A DNA stretch of 64,000 nt, taken from an uncultured Clostridia bacterium (GTDB taxonomy: Bacteria; Acidobacteriota; Aminicenantia; JBFLYD01; JBBIMS01). Positions 32,860 through 43,431 of this stretch are shown here, in pieces. The stretch is taken from the NCBI GenBank assembly GCA_964531645.1, contig CAZHEF010000001.1:88054-152053 (forward strand), given 5' to 3'. The notes below the pieces were generated by a model. That model saw nothing but the letters and a program-made list of their open reading frames with translations, was not told the DNA's origin and made no database searches. Made by a program: the position numbers and the translations under genes. Position 1 is the stretch's first letter, and every line of letters begins with the position of its first letter.

Positions 32860-34254
32860 ATGACAGGAATGGACAGCGAAAAAGCCAAAAAAAATGTAGT
32901 TTTAATAGTTGCGACTCTCTCATCCTTTCTGACCCCTTTCATGGGCTCATCCATTAATGTTGCTCTTCCGTCAATGGGGAGTGAATTCAAAATGAGCGCA
33001 ATACTCCTTGCATGGGTTGCCACCGCTTATCTCCTTTCTGCATCAGTCTTTCTTGTTCCTGTGGGAAGGATAGCAGATATTTACGGAAGAAAGAAAATAT
33101 TTCTGATTGGAATAACTATTTTTACTTTATCCTCCTTTCTTTCTGGTGTTGCCAGTTCTTCGTCTCAGATAATTATTTTTAGAATAATGCAAGGAATTGG
33201 CGGTTCAATGGTTCTGGGGACAGGAGTTGCTCTATTAACATCAACATTCCCTCCAGGAGAAAGGGGGAAAGCCCTTGGAATTAATTCCGCATCGGTTTAT
33301 TTAGGGCTTTCCCTCGGACCTTTTATCGGAGGAATCCTTACCCAACATTTTGGATGGAGGAATGTCTTTTTGGTCAATATTCCCATAGGAATCTTCATAA
33401 TATTCTTTGTTATGGGAAGATTAAAAGGAGAATGGGCTGGTGCAAAGGGCGAGAAATTTGATATTAAAGGCTCTCTAATTTATGGATTATCAATAATTTC
33501 GTTGATGTATGGCTTCTCCCGTCTTCCTTCAAGAACAGGCTTTTTGTTGATTTTTGCAGGGGTTGCAGGAATTATAATTTTCATAATTATAGGGTCCTCT
33601 TTGATCCATCCAGTCATGAATATAAAACTTTTTACCAACAGCAGAACCTTCGCTTTCTCAAATGTAGCAGCACTTATAAATTATTGTGCGACATCAGCGG
33701 TTGGTTTTCTTCTAAGTTTATATCTCCAGTATATTAAGGGGTTAACTCCAAGGGTTTCTGGGTCCATTCTTGTGGCTCAGCCAGTTGTAATGGCTCTATT
33801 CTCACCCTTTGCTGGAAGATTGTCAGATAAAATTGAACCAAGAGTTGTTGCATCTTTGGGGATGGGGATATCAGCTTTGGGTTTATCACTCCTAATTCCT
33901 TTGAATTTAAGCACATCAATTTACTACATTGTCTCTGTTCTTTTTATTCTGGGCTTCGGGTTTGCTCTTTTCTCCTCCCCCAATACAAATGCTGTTATGA
34001 GCTCAGTTGAAAAAAAGTTTTATGGAACCTCCTCAGGAATTCTTGCCACAATGAGACTTTTAGGACAGATGTTGAGTATGGGGATTGCTACTTTGATTTT
34101 TTCAACCTATAATTTAAGGGTTCAAATCACACCAAAGTATTACCCTGCATTCCTCCAGACCCTCAAGGTCTCCTTTTTAATTTTTTCTGGACTCTGCTTT
34201 CTTGGAATTTCTGCATCCCTTGCGAGGGGAGGAATCCACAATAGCAAATCCTGA
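32860..34254 (+). CDS. MFS transporter, DHA2 (EmrB/QacA) type, 14 TM segments
   Basis: Hydropathy pattern, MFS motif A-like 'GRIADIYGRKK', about 464 aa. Confidence 0.7.
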   Translation: MTGMDSEKAKKNVVLIVATLSSFLTPFMGSSINVALPSMGSEFKMSAILLAWVATAYLLSASVFLVPVGRIADIYGRKKIFLIGITIFTLSSFLSGVASSSSQIIIFRIMQGIGGSMVLGTGVALLTSTFPPGERGKALGINSASVYLGLSLGPFIGGILTQHFGWRNVFLVNIPIGIFIIFFVMGRLKGEWAGAKGEKFDIKGSLIYGLSIISLMYGFSRLPSRTGFLLIFAGVAGIIIFIIIGSSLIHPVMNIKLFTNSRTFAFSNVAALINYCATSAVGFLLSLYLQYIKGLTPRVSGSILVAQPVVMALFSPFAGRLSDKIEPRVVASLGMGISALGLSLLIPLNLSTSIYYIVSVLFILGFGFALFSSPNTNAVMSSVEKKFYGTSSGILATMRLLGQMLSMGIATLIFSTYNLRVQITPKYYPAFLQTLKVSFLIFSGLCFLGISASLARGGIHNSKS

Positions 34255-34307
34255 TTTCCAATTGACTCACTTGACAAAAATCTTTGTTGATAAGATATTA
34301 GTTTTTG

Positions 34308-35075
34308 ATGGTGGATTTGGATTTTAAGATAAAAGAGAAAAAAGTTTTTAACTCCTATGTAATTCTTTCCCTTAAATCAGAGGAGAGATTCCCTGAGCCG
34401 AAACCGGGGCAATTCATAATGGTTAAGATTCCTTCCTTAGAGCTTATTCTCAGAAGGCCATTGTCAATTTTTAATTTTGACGGAAAGAAATTAGAAATCC
34501 TTTTTCAAGTATGCGGAAAGGGAACATTGACTCTGTCCAGGTTAAAAGAAGGAGAAATTTTAAAAATTCTTGGACCTCTTGGAAATGGATACAAATTTGA
34601 AAAATCAGGTATTCATCTTCTTGTTGGAGGCGGAAGAGGGATTGCTCCTCTCTTTTTTCTGTCAAAAGTATTTTTAAAAGAGAAAATAAAGTTTAAAATT
34701 CTTTATGGTGGGAGAAGTGTTCCGGACCTCGCAGCATTGAATTATTTCAAAAATGAAGGGATAGAGCCAATTATTACAACGGAGGACGGCTCAAAAGGTA
34801 CAAAAGGATTGGTTACAGATCTCATTGAAAAAATTTTTACCTCAGAAAAAATTTCCTATATTTACGCCTGTGGACCGATGGAAATGATGAGGAAAGTTTT
34901 CAATATAGCTAAAGAATTTTCTATTCCATCTCAATTTTCTCTTGAAGAGAGAATGGGTTGTGGATTTGGAGCTTGCTGGGGGTGCGTTGCAAGGATAAGA
35001 AGAAATGGAAAGGAAGAGTGGGTTAAAATATGCCAGGAGGGCCCTGTTTTCAACGGGGAGGAGATAATATGGTAG
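34308..35075 (+). CDS. pyrK: Dihydroorotate dehydrogenase electron-transfer subunit PyrK
   Basis: FAD/NAD-binding fold and C-terminal 2Fe-2S motif 'ACGPMEMM...CGFGACWGC'. Confidence 0.8.
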   Translation: MVDLDFKIKEKKVFNSYVILSLKSEERFPEPKPGQFIMVKIPSLELILRRPLSIFNFDGKKLEILFQVCGKGTLTLSRLKEGEILKILGPLGNGYKFEKSGIHLLVGGGRGIAPLFFLSKVFLKEKIKFKILYGGRSVPDLAALNYFKNEGIEPIITTEDGSKGTKGLVTDLIEKIFTSEKISYIYACGPMEMMRKVFNIAKEFSIPSQFSLEERMGCGFGACWGCVARIRRNGKEEWVKICQEGPVFNGEEIIW

Positions 35076-35980
35076 ATTTATCCGTTAATCTTGGATTTAT
35101 AAAATTGAAAAACCCTATCCTTACCGCCAGTGGAACATTTGGATACGGTCTTGAATTCAGCTCTTTTTTCGACCTTTCAATCTTAGGAGGGATAATAACA
35201 AAGGGAATTTTTATGAATCCAAAAGAGGGGAACCCTCCTCCGAGAATCTGGGAGACCTCTTCTGGAATGCTCAACTCAATTGGACTTCAGGGGATAGGAG
35301 TTGAAAGATTTGCAAGGGAAATTCTTCCTGAGTTAAGAAAATTTAATACCCACATAATTGTGAATGTATGTGGACACAATGATGAAGAGTATGCTGAAGT
35401 TTCTTCCTATTTAAGTAAAGAGGAGGGAATATCAGCCTTTGAGCTTAACATTTCGTGTCCAAATATCCATAGAAATGGATTGTGTCCTGCCATGGAGCCA
35501 GAATGGACATACAGAATTGTCAAAATGGTAAAGGAGGTTACATCTGTCCCTCTAATTGTAAAACTTTCCCCAAATGTATCAGATATTAGTTCAATTGCAA
35601 TCTCAGCTCAGGAGGGAGGAGCTGATGCAATATCTTTAATAAACACAGTTCTTGCCATGGGTGTTGACTGGAGGACAAGGAAGTCAAGATTGGGGAATGT
35701 AATGGGTGGACTTTCTGGTCCTGCAATAAAGCCCATTGCCCTGAAAATGGTTTTTCAGGTAGTAAGAAGTGTAAAAATCCCAGTTATAGGTATTGGAGGA
35801 ATAATGACAGGAGAGGATGTAATGGAATTTCTCGTAGTTGGAGCAAAAGCTGTGGAAGTTGGCACTGCAAACTTTTCAGACCCTCACGCCTGTGCGAGAA
35901 TAATAAAAGAGATAGAGGAAATATGTAAAAGGGAGGGGATAAAAAGAATTGAGGATATAATTGGAACTCTTGAAGTATAG
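35069..35980 (+). CDS. pyrD: Dihydroorotate dehydrogenase catalytic subunit PyrD (class 1B). ATG at 35069 overlaps the pyrK stop.
   Basis: 'LKNPILTASGTFGYG', 'IIVNV', 'ELNISCPN', 'IGIGGI' blocks. Confidence 0.85.
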   Translation: MVDLSVNLGFIKLKNPILTASGTFGYGLEFSSFFDLSILGGIITKGIFMNPKEGNPPPRIWETSSGMLNSIGLQGIGVERFAREILPELRKFNTHIIVNVCGHNDEEYAEVSSYLSKEEGISAFELNISCPNIHRNGLCPAMEPEWTYRIVKMVKEVTSVPLIVKLSPNVSDISSIAISAQEGGADAISLINTVLAMGVDWRTRKSRLGNVMGGLSGPAIKPIALKMVFQVVRSVKIPVIGIGGIMTGEDVMEFLVVGAKAVEVGTANFSDPHACARIIKEIEEICKREGIKRIEDIIGTLEV

Positions 35981-35989
35981 AGGTGAAAA

Positions 35990-36688
35990 ATGGAAATATT
36001 AAAAAAAGTAATAGTTGCTCTTGATGTCGATGGGATGGAAGAAGTTAAAAAATTTGTTAATTTATTATCCGGAATAGAGATATTTAAGATTGGTCCCAGA
36101 TTATTTTTAAAATATGGAGCTGAAATCGTTAATTTTCTTCAAGAGAAAGGAAAAGAAGCTTTTCTTGACTTAAAATTTCACGATATTCCCAACACAGTCT
36201 ATCACTCTGTAAAGGAAGCAACAAAATTAGGAGTCTCAATGCTGACAATTCATGCCCTTGGTGGAAAGGAGATGATAAAGAGTGCCGTTAAAGGAGCGGA
36301 AGAGGAGAGCTTGAGATTAGGGATTGAAAGACCAAAAATAATGGGAGTTACAATTCTTACAAGTATGGATGAAAAAAATGCAAAGGAGGTTGGATTCGGA
36401 CATGAAATTGAAAAAATGGTAAAAAAGCTCACTCTCCTTGCCTTTGAAAGTGGAGCGGATGGAGTAATAGCATCTCCAAGAGAGATAAAGATTATAAGAG
36501 AAGTGGCAGGAGAAAATTTCTTGATTGCAACTCCTGGAATAAGATTTGAGGAAGGAAAAGATGACCAGAAAAGAACCCTCTCTCCATCAGAGGCTTTCAG
36601 TTTCGGAGCAAACTACATAATAATTGGAAGACCAATTCTAAATCAACCTCAACAAGTCGTTGAGGAGCTTCTGAAAATAAAAATTTAG
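35990..36688 (+). CDS. pyrF: Orotidine 5'-phosphate decarboxylase
   Basis: 'VALDV', 'FKIGP', 'DLKFHDIPNTV', and C-terminal 'IIIGRPI'. Confidence 0.85.
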   Translation: MEILKKVIVALDVDGMEEVKKFVNLLSGIEIFKIGPRLFLKYGAEIVNFLQEKGKEAFLDLKFHDIPNTVYHSVKEATKLGVSMLTIHALGGKEMIKSAVKGAEEESLRLGIERPKIMGVTILTSMDEKNAKEVGFGHEIEKMVKKLTLLAFESGADGVIASPREIKIIREVAGENFLIATPGIRFEEGKDDQKRTLSPSEAFSFGANYIIIGRPILNQPQQVVEELLKIKI

Positions 36689-36692
36689 AGAA

Positions 36693-37292
36693 TTAAAATG
36701 TTACTCCTGCTTTTCCTGCTACAAAAACTGCACCCGCAATGACGCCTACAACAAAATAAACAATAACATTAACTACAATCACAACAATTACATAACCAAT
36801 TGCCTTATCCTTAGGAGTGTCCATAAGTTCAGGAAGACCTATGAAAAGAAGATATAACCCGTAAATTACTGCTAAAAGAACAAGAATCCCAAGAAAAGGA
36901 ATTATGTAAAGAATTCCAGCAACCCAGACTGGAGTCATCGAATAAACAACCGCTTTGAAAGCATTTACAAAATTCTTCTGGGAGCCAAAACTTGGAGCAA
37001 GGGAATCAGCTATAAAAGCTGTAAGGGCAAGACCAGCAAGACCTAAGACATACCAGAAGATTGCATAACCTAAGGCTGTTCCAATTGACCATCTGAAATG
37101 AACCCCTAAAACAGATGTTCCAACCAAAGCTTTCCCTATAAACTGAGCAATTGCAGGAATTGCTGCAAGGATTACAGCATATGAAAGATAAATATTCTGA
37201 ACTGTTGTCTGCTCAGCTTTAATCTCAGCCCATGCTTCTTTTGGGCTTAAAATAATCTTCTTCACCCTTTCAACAATATTCATATTTCTCAC
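36693..37292 (-). CDS. Yip1-domain membrane protein (5 TM). Probable ATG start at 37283.
   Basis: Hydropathy and Yip1-like organisation: short soluble N-terminus followed by five TM helices. Confidence 0.45.
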   Translation of the reverse strand: MRNMNIVERVKKIILSPKEAWAEIKAEQTTVQNIYLSYAVILAAIPAIAQFIGKALVGTSVLGVHFRWSIGTALGYAIFWYVLGLAGLALTAFIADSLAPSFGSQKNFVNAFKAVVYSMTPVWVAGILYIIPFLGILVLLAVIYGLYLLFIGLPELMDTPKDKAIGYVIVVIVVNVIVYFVVGVIAGAVFVAGKAGVTF

Positions 37293-37412
37293 TCCTTTCT
37301 TTCATTAATCTTCTTAAGTGTAAAGTAAAAAATTCCTCCTGTCAAATGAAATATGAAATTCAATTGAATTCATTGAAATAAAAATTTAAAATTATATAGT
37401 GGGAGGTGAAAT

Positions 37413-38434
37413 TTGAAGAGGCTTTTTTCTTCTTTTGTTTTATATTTGATAATTTTGTTCATACCTTTAGAGGGAAAGGATTTTATTCTGAAACTCGAAA
37501 AAGAATTTGAGGTTGACTACGGAGTTACTTCTTTTGACTATCACAATGGAAAATTCTATCTTTCAAATTCTTTGCTGAACCAAATTGTAATTTGCAATGA
37601 AAAAGGTGAGGAAGTTGAGAAGAACAGGGGAAAGAAGGTGTTGGACCGGCTGAGTTCGGAATACAATCTCCGGGAGCACTCATTATTATAGGAGAAAAAA
37701 TTTTTGTGAATGACCCAGTGAATTTCAGAATTCAAATTTTAGACCTTGAAGGAAATTTCTTAAAACAGATGAAATTCTGGAGTGAGATTCCTTTGATAAC
37801 ACTCGTGAAAATTTATCCAATTAACAATAAGATGATAGGGTTATACGGTTATTCCATGGAAACAAAAGAAAATGAGGCTAAAATGAATCACAAATTTATA
37901 ATTTTAAATTTGGAAGATTGACAAAGAAAGCATGCGATCCTTCAACCCTTTTCAGGGATATTTTCCTCCTGTCATCGTAAAAAATATGATTTTTCAGGCA
38001 GACAGGGAAGATTTTATTGTTGGTGTTTATAATATGGAAGGGAAAAAGTTAAAAGATATAAAGAAAAAGGCGAAGAATATCCCTCTATCAGAGGACTTGA
38101 AAAAATATTTCTCGGAAATGGAAGAGTTTGAAATGGCAAAAAAACTTTCTCAAGGAATGGTTGATTTTTCTTTCCCCTCCCATCTTCCAATAATAAGAAG
38201 TATTCTTGCTATTGAAGATAATTTGATTGTTTTAACCTGGAAAGACTGGTATGAGGAAAATTTCAAAGGCAAGTGAAAGAAATTCACGTAGAAATATTCA
38301 ATTTGAATGGAGAATATCTTGGAAAAGGAAAGACAAATTTTCTTCCTGATGAGGTCGTAATGGTAAAAGGGAAAAATGTTTTTATTCTCCATGAAGAAGA
38401 GAAAAGGAAAATATTAGAAGTAATGAGGTTGTAA
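37413..38434 (+). pseudogene. Secreted NHL-repeat (6-bladed beta-propeller) protein gene disrupted by at least 3 frameshifts. Frames run 0 -> 2 -> 0 -> 2.
   Basis: Four collinear ORF fragments with a signal peptide at the first. The alternative frame reads the NHL-type repeat 'GVGPAEFGIQSPGALIIIGEKIFVNDPVNFRIQILDLEGNF' across the first break. Confidence 0.6.
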
Positions 38435-38567
38435 GTTTAAATGGGAAAGAAAGGCAAGGAAAGCAGCCTTGTAAAAGCTACTCAAAGTTTAAGGCTGAAT
38501 GGAAAAGAAGAAAAAATCAAAATTAGCGTGCTGAAAGAAGCGAGCTCTGAGCTTTTAGCTTTTTAAA

Positions 38568-38653
38568 TGCCGGAGGAGGGAGTCGAACCCTCACGCTCCC
38601 GAAGGAGCCCAAGATTTTGAGTCTTGTGCGTCTGCCAATTTCGCCACTCCGGC
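38568..38653 (-). tRNA. tRNA-Leu (anticodon CAA), type II with long variable arm; CCA not encoded
   Basis: Manual fold of the reverse complement: acceptor GCCGGAG/CTCCGGC, anticodon stem CAAGA/TCTTG, loop CTCAAAA, T-loop TTCGACT, variable-arm hairpin GGCTCC-TTCG-GGAGC. Confidence 0.85.
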
Positions 38654-38797
38654 ATCTTTTCAAATTTTATCATTTAGTGGTTATTTCTTCAATAGTTCGA
38701 ATATAAACTTATGTAATGTACTATACGGTCGGGAAATTTAATCCAATTTGCTGATTTTTGACTTTTGTTTCTTATATTTTTATAATAGTTTGGACTT

Positions 38798-39745
38798 ATG
38801 CGAAAATTTTTATTATATCTTCTATTCTTTGTCATTCTGATTGCTTTTTTTACTGATATTTATTTCTTTTTTTTTCTTTTTAATCGGAATCTTGAAGATG
38901 CAAATAGATTGAGGGAAGCATCCTTAGCCCTGAAAAATATTTCAACGAGTTCAACAAAAATATACAGTGGGCTTGATGTTTCCAATAGTATAGTTGAAAT
39001 AAAGGAAAACAAAGATAAATTTGAAAGTTTTCTAATGAGAAGGAATTTAGCAGGGATCAATTTTGAAACTTTTTCTTCCCTCTGGAGGGAGACTAATGGC
39101 AATATTGCTACTCTGGTAAAGAATGAAAGGAGCTCAGGAGATTTCTTCAGAGCATATAGCGATATTAATAGCTCAATTTCCCCGATGGTTGAAAGGCTTG
39201 AAATAATTGAAAAACAATGCAGAAAAAAGGCAAAATTTTATATTTTTGTATTTGGCATAATTAATATTTTAATTATCATAAGTTTGTCTTTGTTTTTGGT
39301 TCTTCTGCAAAGGAAAAGATTCTCTGATTTCGAAAAGAAAAGATTGGCTGTTAAAAACCTTCTTGAAAATCTAAACAAAGAAGTGGAGGAAGTGGCTGAT
39401 GAGATTGAAGAGATTTCTACAAAGACAATTAAACTTTCCCTCAGAAAAAGTGAAAATGGTTATTCCTTAATAACTTCATCCCTTGAAGAGATGAGAAAGA
39501 GGATAGATTCTTTTCTCGATGAGTCATTTGTAACTGAAGGAGAAGATTCCAAAGGTAACCTTCAAAAACTTATAGATTCCCTTTCTTTATCCCTTAATAA
39601 CATCATTGCAAATACAATTGTTGAGATGGAAAAATTCAAAGAGACTGAGAAGAGTATTGAAAAGATAAGTGGAAAACTTTCTTTTTTGAAAAAGAAAGTG
39701 GCTGAAATATCCTTATCTATTAGAAACAAAGAAAAAGAGTTGTAA
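38798..39745 (+). CDS. Hypothetical membrane protein: two TM helices flanking a periplasmic segment of about 120 aa, then a cytoplasmic coiled-coil
   Basis: Hydropathy ('LLYLLFFVILIAFFTDIYFFFFLF' and 'FYIFVFGIINILIIISLSLFLVLL') and a heptad-rich C-terminus. No recognisable catalytic motif. Confidence 0.4.
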   Translation: MRKFLLYLLFFVILIAFFTDIYFFFFLFNRNLEDANRLREASLALKNISTSSTKIYSGLDVSNSIVEIKENKDKFESFLMRRNLAGINFETFSSLWRETNGNIATLVKNERSSGDFFRAYSDINSSISPMVERLEIIEKQCRKKAKFYIFVFGIINILIIISLSLFLVLLQRKRFSDFEKKRLAVKNLLENLNKEVEEVADEIEEISTKTIKLSLRKSENGYSLITSSLEEMRKRIDSFLDESFVTEGEDSKGNLQKLIDSLSLSLNNIIANTIVEMEKFKETEKSIEKISGKLSFLKKKVAEISLSIRNKEKEL

Positions 39746-41701
39746 CTATTTTTTCAAAACCCATTTTTCCAGCCATTCCAGCTCTTTTTTCATTTTGTAT
39801 AATTGATGTTTTGGTTCTCTCAATCCATGGGGCTCTCTTGGAAATATTACAAGTTCTGTTTCAACCCCATTTTTCAAAAGTCCCATGTGGAGTTCTTTAC
39901 TCTGGGGTAAAGGAACCCTCTCGTCTTCCTCTCCACACAAAATTAAAGTAGGAGTCTTAACATTTTTTACATATAGTATAGGAGAATATTTAAGATATAA
40001 AGCAACTTTATTCCATGGCTTATCCAGGAAATAGAATTCTCTTGTATACTGAATATCTGTCTGAGCATACATGGAAATCCAGTTGGCAGTTCCTGCTCCA
40101 GAGCATGCTCCTTTGAATAAATCGGGATAGTGAGTAATAAGCCAGTTGGTCATGTGTCCACCCGCACTCCATCCCATAACACCAAGTCTCTCTTTATCCA
40201 CAAATCCTTCTTTTATAAGGGATTCAATTCCTGAAACAATGTCATCTATGCTCCTGTCAAAGTATCTTCCTGCAATCTCTTTCATAAAAGTTTCCCCATA
40301 TCCTGTTGAGCCTCTATAATTAGGCTGAAAAACAACCCATCCTCTTCCAGTAAAGACATGGGAGTAAATAGAGATCTCCGATGGGAAAGAGAGCATATAA
40401 GCGGAAGCAGGTCCTCCGTGAAGTTGAACAATAAGGGGATATTTTTTGCCCTTCTCAAAATCATGGGGTAACCCTAAAACGCCCTCAACAATTTTACCAT
40501 CCTTGCTTTTCCATCTATAGGGCTTGAACTCGCCGAGATAGAACACATCCATTTGAGGATTTAAATCTACTAATTTTACAGGCTTAAAATCATCTATTGA
40601 TGTAATATAGATTGAAGGAGGAGATTTCGTATCTGTGAAAGTGCAAACAATTTTATTTTCATTTTTTATGATTATGGAATTTTTGAATACACCCTCTTCC
40701 TTTGAAATGGGAGAGATTGTATTCTTATTTAAATCCAGTTTGTAGAAATTAGCTGTTACTCCAATATTACCTGTGAAAACAATTGTGTCGTTGGTAAACC
40801 ATTCATAGGAGGAAACCTCTCCAACAAACGAAGAGGATACCGGTCTTACTTTCATATCTTTCAGGTTTAATAAAAACAGCTTGGAGGAACCAGGAGTTCT
40901 AAGATTCAAATCAGATGATGAAACAAAAGATATAAATGCACGGTCTGGAGAGAAGTTAAATGACCTCTCGGAAGCCATATTGTTTGTCAATCTTTTTGGT
41001 TCTCCGCCATCAATAGAGATTAAGTAAAGCTCGCTAAATATTAAATCGTCAACCCTGGGAGATGGCGAAGCAGAATAAAGTATCTCTTTAGCGTCAGGAG
41101 AAATTTGGAATTGGGAGACATGGAAATTTCCATTTGTTAATTTTTTATTTTCTTTTCCGTCAATTGAGATTTTCCAGATATGGGAATTTTTTAAATTTTT
41201 AAAGAGAGAATACGCATCGTCCTTCTCTTTGAGCTTCTTTTCCTCTCCTTCCGTTTTTGGATCCTTCATAAGATAGACAATGTGTTTAGAATCGGATACC
41301 CATTCAAAACTTTCAACTCCAGTGGGAGAATCTGTTAGCTTCCATGGCTCTCCCATATCTGTTCTCATAATATAAATTTGATTTTTCCCGTCCCTGTTGG
41401 AGATAAAAGCTATTAGCTTCCCATCGGGAGACCATCTTGGAGAAGTATCCTGTTTTGGAGATTGGGTTAATTTTGAAAGGGAGCCATTTTCAATGTTGAG
41501 GAGCCAGATATCTGTGTTATACTCGTTTTCTTTTAAATTGCATTCCCTAACAGTAAAAAGAACCTTTTTCCCATCTGGAGATAAATTTAAATCTGAAATC
41601 CCTTTTATCCCGATTATATCTTCTGGCTCCATAACTCTTTTTTCTGTATATAAGGGCATAATAATTATCAAAAAGGAGATTAAAAACAAAAATCTCTTCA
41701 T
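39746..41701 (-). CDS. Secreted S9 family serine peptidase (prolyl oligopeptidase/acylaminoacyl-peptidase type) with an N-terminal TolB-like beta-propeller. Preferred start is the ATG at 41701.
   Basis: Nucleophile elbow 'GWSAGGHM', 'SPDGK' propeller repeats, signal peptide 'MKRFLFLISFLIIIMPLYT'. Confidence 0.75.
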   Translation of the reverse strand: MKRFLFLISFLIIIMPLYTEKRVMEPEDIIGIKGISDLNLSPDGKKVLFTVRECNLKENEYNTDIWLLNIENGSLSKLTQSPKQDTSPRWSPDGKLIAFISNRDGKNQIYIMRTDMGEPWKLTDSPTGVESFEWVSDSKHIVYLMKDPKTEGEEKKLKEKDDAYSLFKNLKNSHIWKISIDGKENKKLTNGNFHVSQFQISPDAKEILYSASPSPRVDDLIFSELYLISIDGGEPKRLTNNMASERSFNFSPDRAFISFVSSSDLNLRTPGSSKLFLLNLKDMKVRPVSSSFVGEVSSYEWFTNDTIVFTGNIGVTANFYKLDLNKNTISPISKEEGVFKNSIIIKNENKIVCTFTDTKSPPSIYITSIDDFKPVKLVDLNPQMDVFYLGEFKPYRWKSKDGKIVEGVLGLPHDFEKGKKYPLIVQLHGGPASAYMLSFPSEISIYSHVFTGRGWVVFQPNYRGSTGYGETFMKEIAGRYFDRSIDDIVSGIESLIKEGFVDKERLGVMGWSAGGHMTNWLITHYPDLFKGACSGAGTANWISMYAQTDIQYTREFYFLDKPWNKVALYLKYSPILYVKNVKTPTLILCGEEDERVPLPQSKELHMGLLKNGVETELVIFPREPHGLREPKHQLYKMKKELEWLEKWVLKK

Positions 41702-41781
41702 ACTTACCTCCATTTTTAAATACTATTTTAAGACAAAATTGTTTAATTTAAAATGTTTATTAAAAAGCTTATAATTATTTA

Positions 41782-42759
41782 ATGAAGGCTTTTCTGCTCG
41801 GCTCAACAGGACTAATAGGGAATCACACAGCAAGGGAACTCTTGAATAATGGATATGAAGTCAGGGCTCTTGTAAGAAAAGAAACCAAAAGAGAACTTCT
41901 CCAAGGGCTAAATCTTGAGATATTTGAAGGGGATATAAACGAAAAGGAGTCCTTAGTATCAGGGATGAAAGATTGCGATATAGTTGTCCATTGCGCCGCT
42001 TATTACCCTAAATTTTCTATCAGAAAAGAAGTTGAAACAGAGAATGCCTTAAAGGAAATTCGGAATGTGATGGAAGCATGTGTTGAATCTGGAGTGAAAA
42101 AGATGCTTTATGTAAGCTCAGTTGGAACAATCTGGAAGGATAAAAATGGTATAGGAAGGGAGAGCATACCCTTTGATTTTGATAGGATAAAAGGTGTATA
42201 TCACAGAATAAAATTTTTGTTGGAAGAGGAGACAAAAAGATATTCAGAAAAGGGGATTGAGATTATAATCGTGAATCCAACTTTATGCATTGGAGAATAT
42301 GAAACAAAGCCAATCCAGTTTTGTTTAATCCCAAGGGTTCTAAAAATTTTACCCTTTTATACTGATGGAAAGATGAATGCTGTAGATGTAAGGGATGTTG
42401 CAAAGGGGATAGTTCTTGCCATGGAAAGAGGGAAAAACTTAGAAAGATATATTCTCGGAGGAGAAAATCTTACTGTGAAAGAATTCTTAAAAAAAATTGC
42501 AAAAATTGCAAAGGCTCCACCTCCCAAAATAAAAATCCCCTGGTGGGTTTCCCTTTACGGAGCATACATATCAGAGTTTTTATCCTATTATATTCTTAAA
42601 AATTATCCCTCAATTCCTCTGAGCGGTATACACATGGCTAAATACAGCTTCTTTGTGAACACAGAGAAAGCGGAAAATGAACTTGGATTCAAACTTTCTC
42701 CCATTGATGATTCAATTAAAAGAGCACTGGACTGGTTTAAGAAGATTGGCTATATTTAA
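41782..42759 (+). CDS. NAD-dependent epimerase/dehydratase family protein (extended SDR)
   Basis: 'LGSTGLIGNH' Rossmann motif, 'YVSS', and catalytic 'YHRIK' (YxxxK). Confidence 0.65.
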   Translation: MKAFLLGSTGLIGNHTARELLNNGYEVRALVRKETKRELLQGLNLEIFEGDINEKESLVSGMKDCDIVVHCAAYYPKFSIRKEVETENALKEIRNVMEACVESGVKKMLYVSSVGTIWKDKNGIGRESIPFDFDRIKGVYHRIKFLLEEETKRYSEKGIEIIIVNPTLCIGEYETKPIQFCLIPRVLKILPFYTDGKMNAVDVRDVAKGIVLAMERGKNLERYILGGENLTVKEFLKKIAKIAKAPPPKIKIPWWVSLYGAYISEFLSYYILKNYPSIPLSGIHMAKYSFFVNTEKAENELGFKLSPIDDSIKRALDWFKKIGYI

Positions 42760-43392
42760 ATGAAGGTTTTAAAGGTTGCCCTTACAGGTGGAATTGCAAC
42801 GGGTAAATCTGTAATTTCTGAATATCTAAAGAAAAAAGGTTGTTATGTCTGTCATTCAGACCTTTTAGCCCATGAATTAATGGAACCCGGAAATTTTGCC
42901 TGGGAAAAGATTGTTGAACATTTCGGAAAATCAATAATTTTGGCTGATGGAAAAATTGACAGAAAAAAGTTAGGAGATATTGTCTTTAATTCAGAAGAGG
43001 AAAGAAAATTTCTCAACAATTTGATGCATCCCCTTGTTCTGGAAAGGAAGAAAAAGATTGTTGAGGAGCTTGAGAGGACAGAAAAGGGAAAGATTTTTGT
43101 CTCTGAAGCAGCTCTAACCATAGAGGCTGGTTTTCACAGTTTTTACCATAGAGTAATTGTTGCCCATGCACCTCTTGAAATTAGATTAAAAAGATTGATG
43201 GAAAGGGATGGAATTGGACCGGAACTCGCTTTGAAAAAAATAAACTCTCAACTTCCCAACGAAGAAAAATTAAAATATGCCCATTACATAATTGATACAT
43301 CGGGAAAGATAAAAGAAACATTGAAATGGACAAAAAGAGTTTTTAAGAGGCTTTTAGAAGATTGGGAAAAGTTGAATAACGAAGAATTGTGA
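42760..43392 (+). CDS. coaE: Dephospho-CoA kinase
   Basis: P-loop 'ALTGGIATGKS' in a protein of about 200 aa with CoaE-like layout. ATG abuts the upstream stop. Confidence 0.75.
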   Translation: MKVLKVALTGGIATGKSVISEYLKKKGCYVCHSDLLAHELMEPGNFAWEKIVEHFGKSIILADGKIDRKKLGDIVFNSEEERKFLNNLMHPLVLERKKKIVEELERTEKGKIFVSEAALTIEAGFHSFYHRVIVAHAPLEIRLKRLMERDGIGPELALKKINSQLPNEEKLKYAHYIIDTSGKIKETLKWTKRVFKRLLEDWEKLNNEEL

Positions 43393-43431
43393 GCGGGTTT
43401 CGAAAGAAATTCTGAAAGTCTAAAAATAGTT

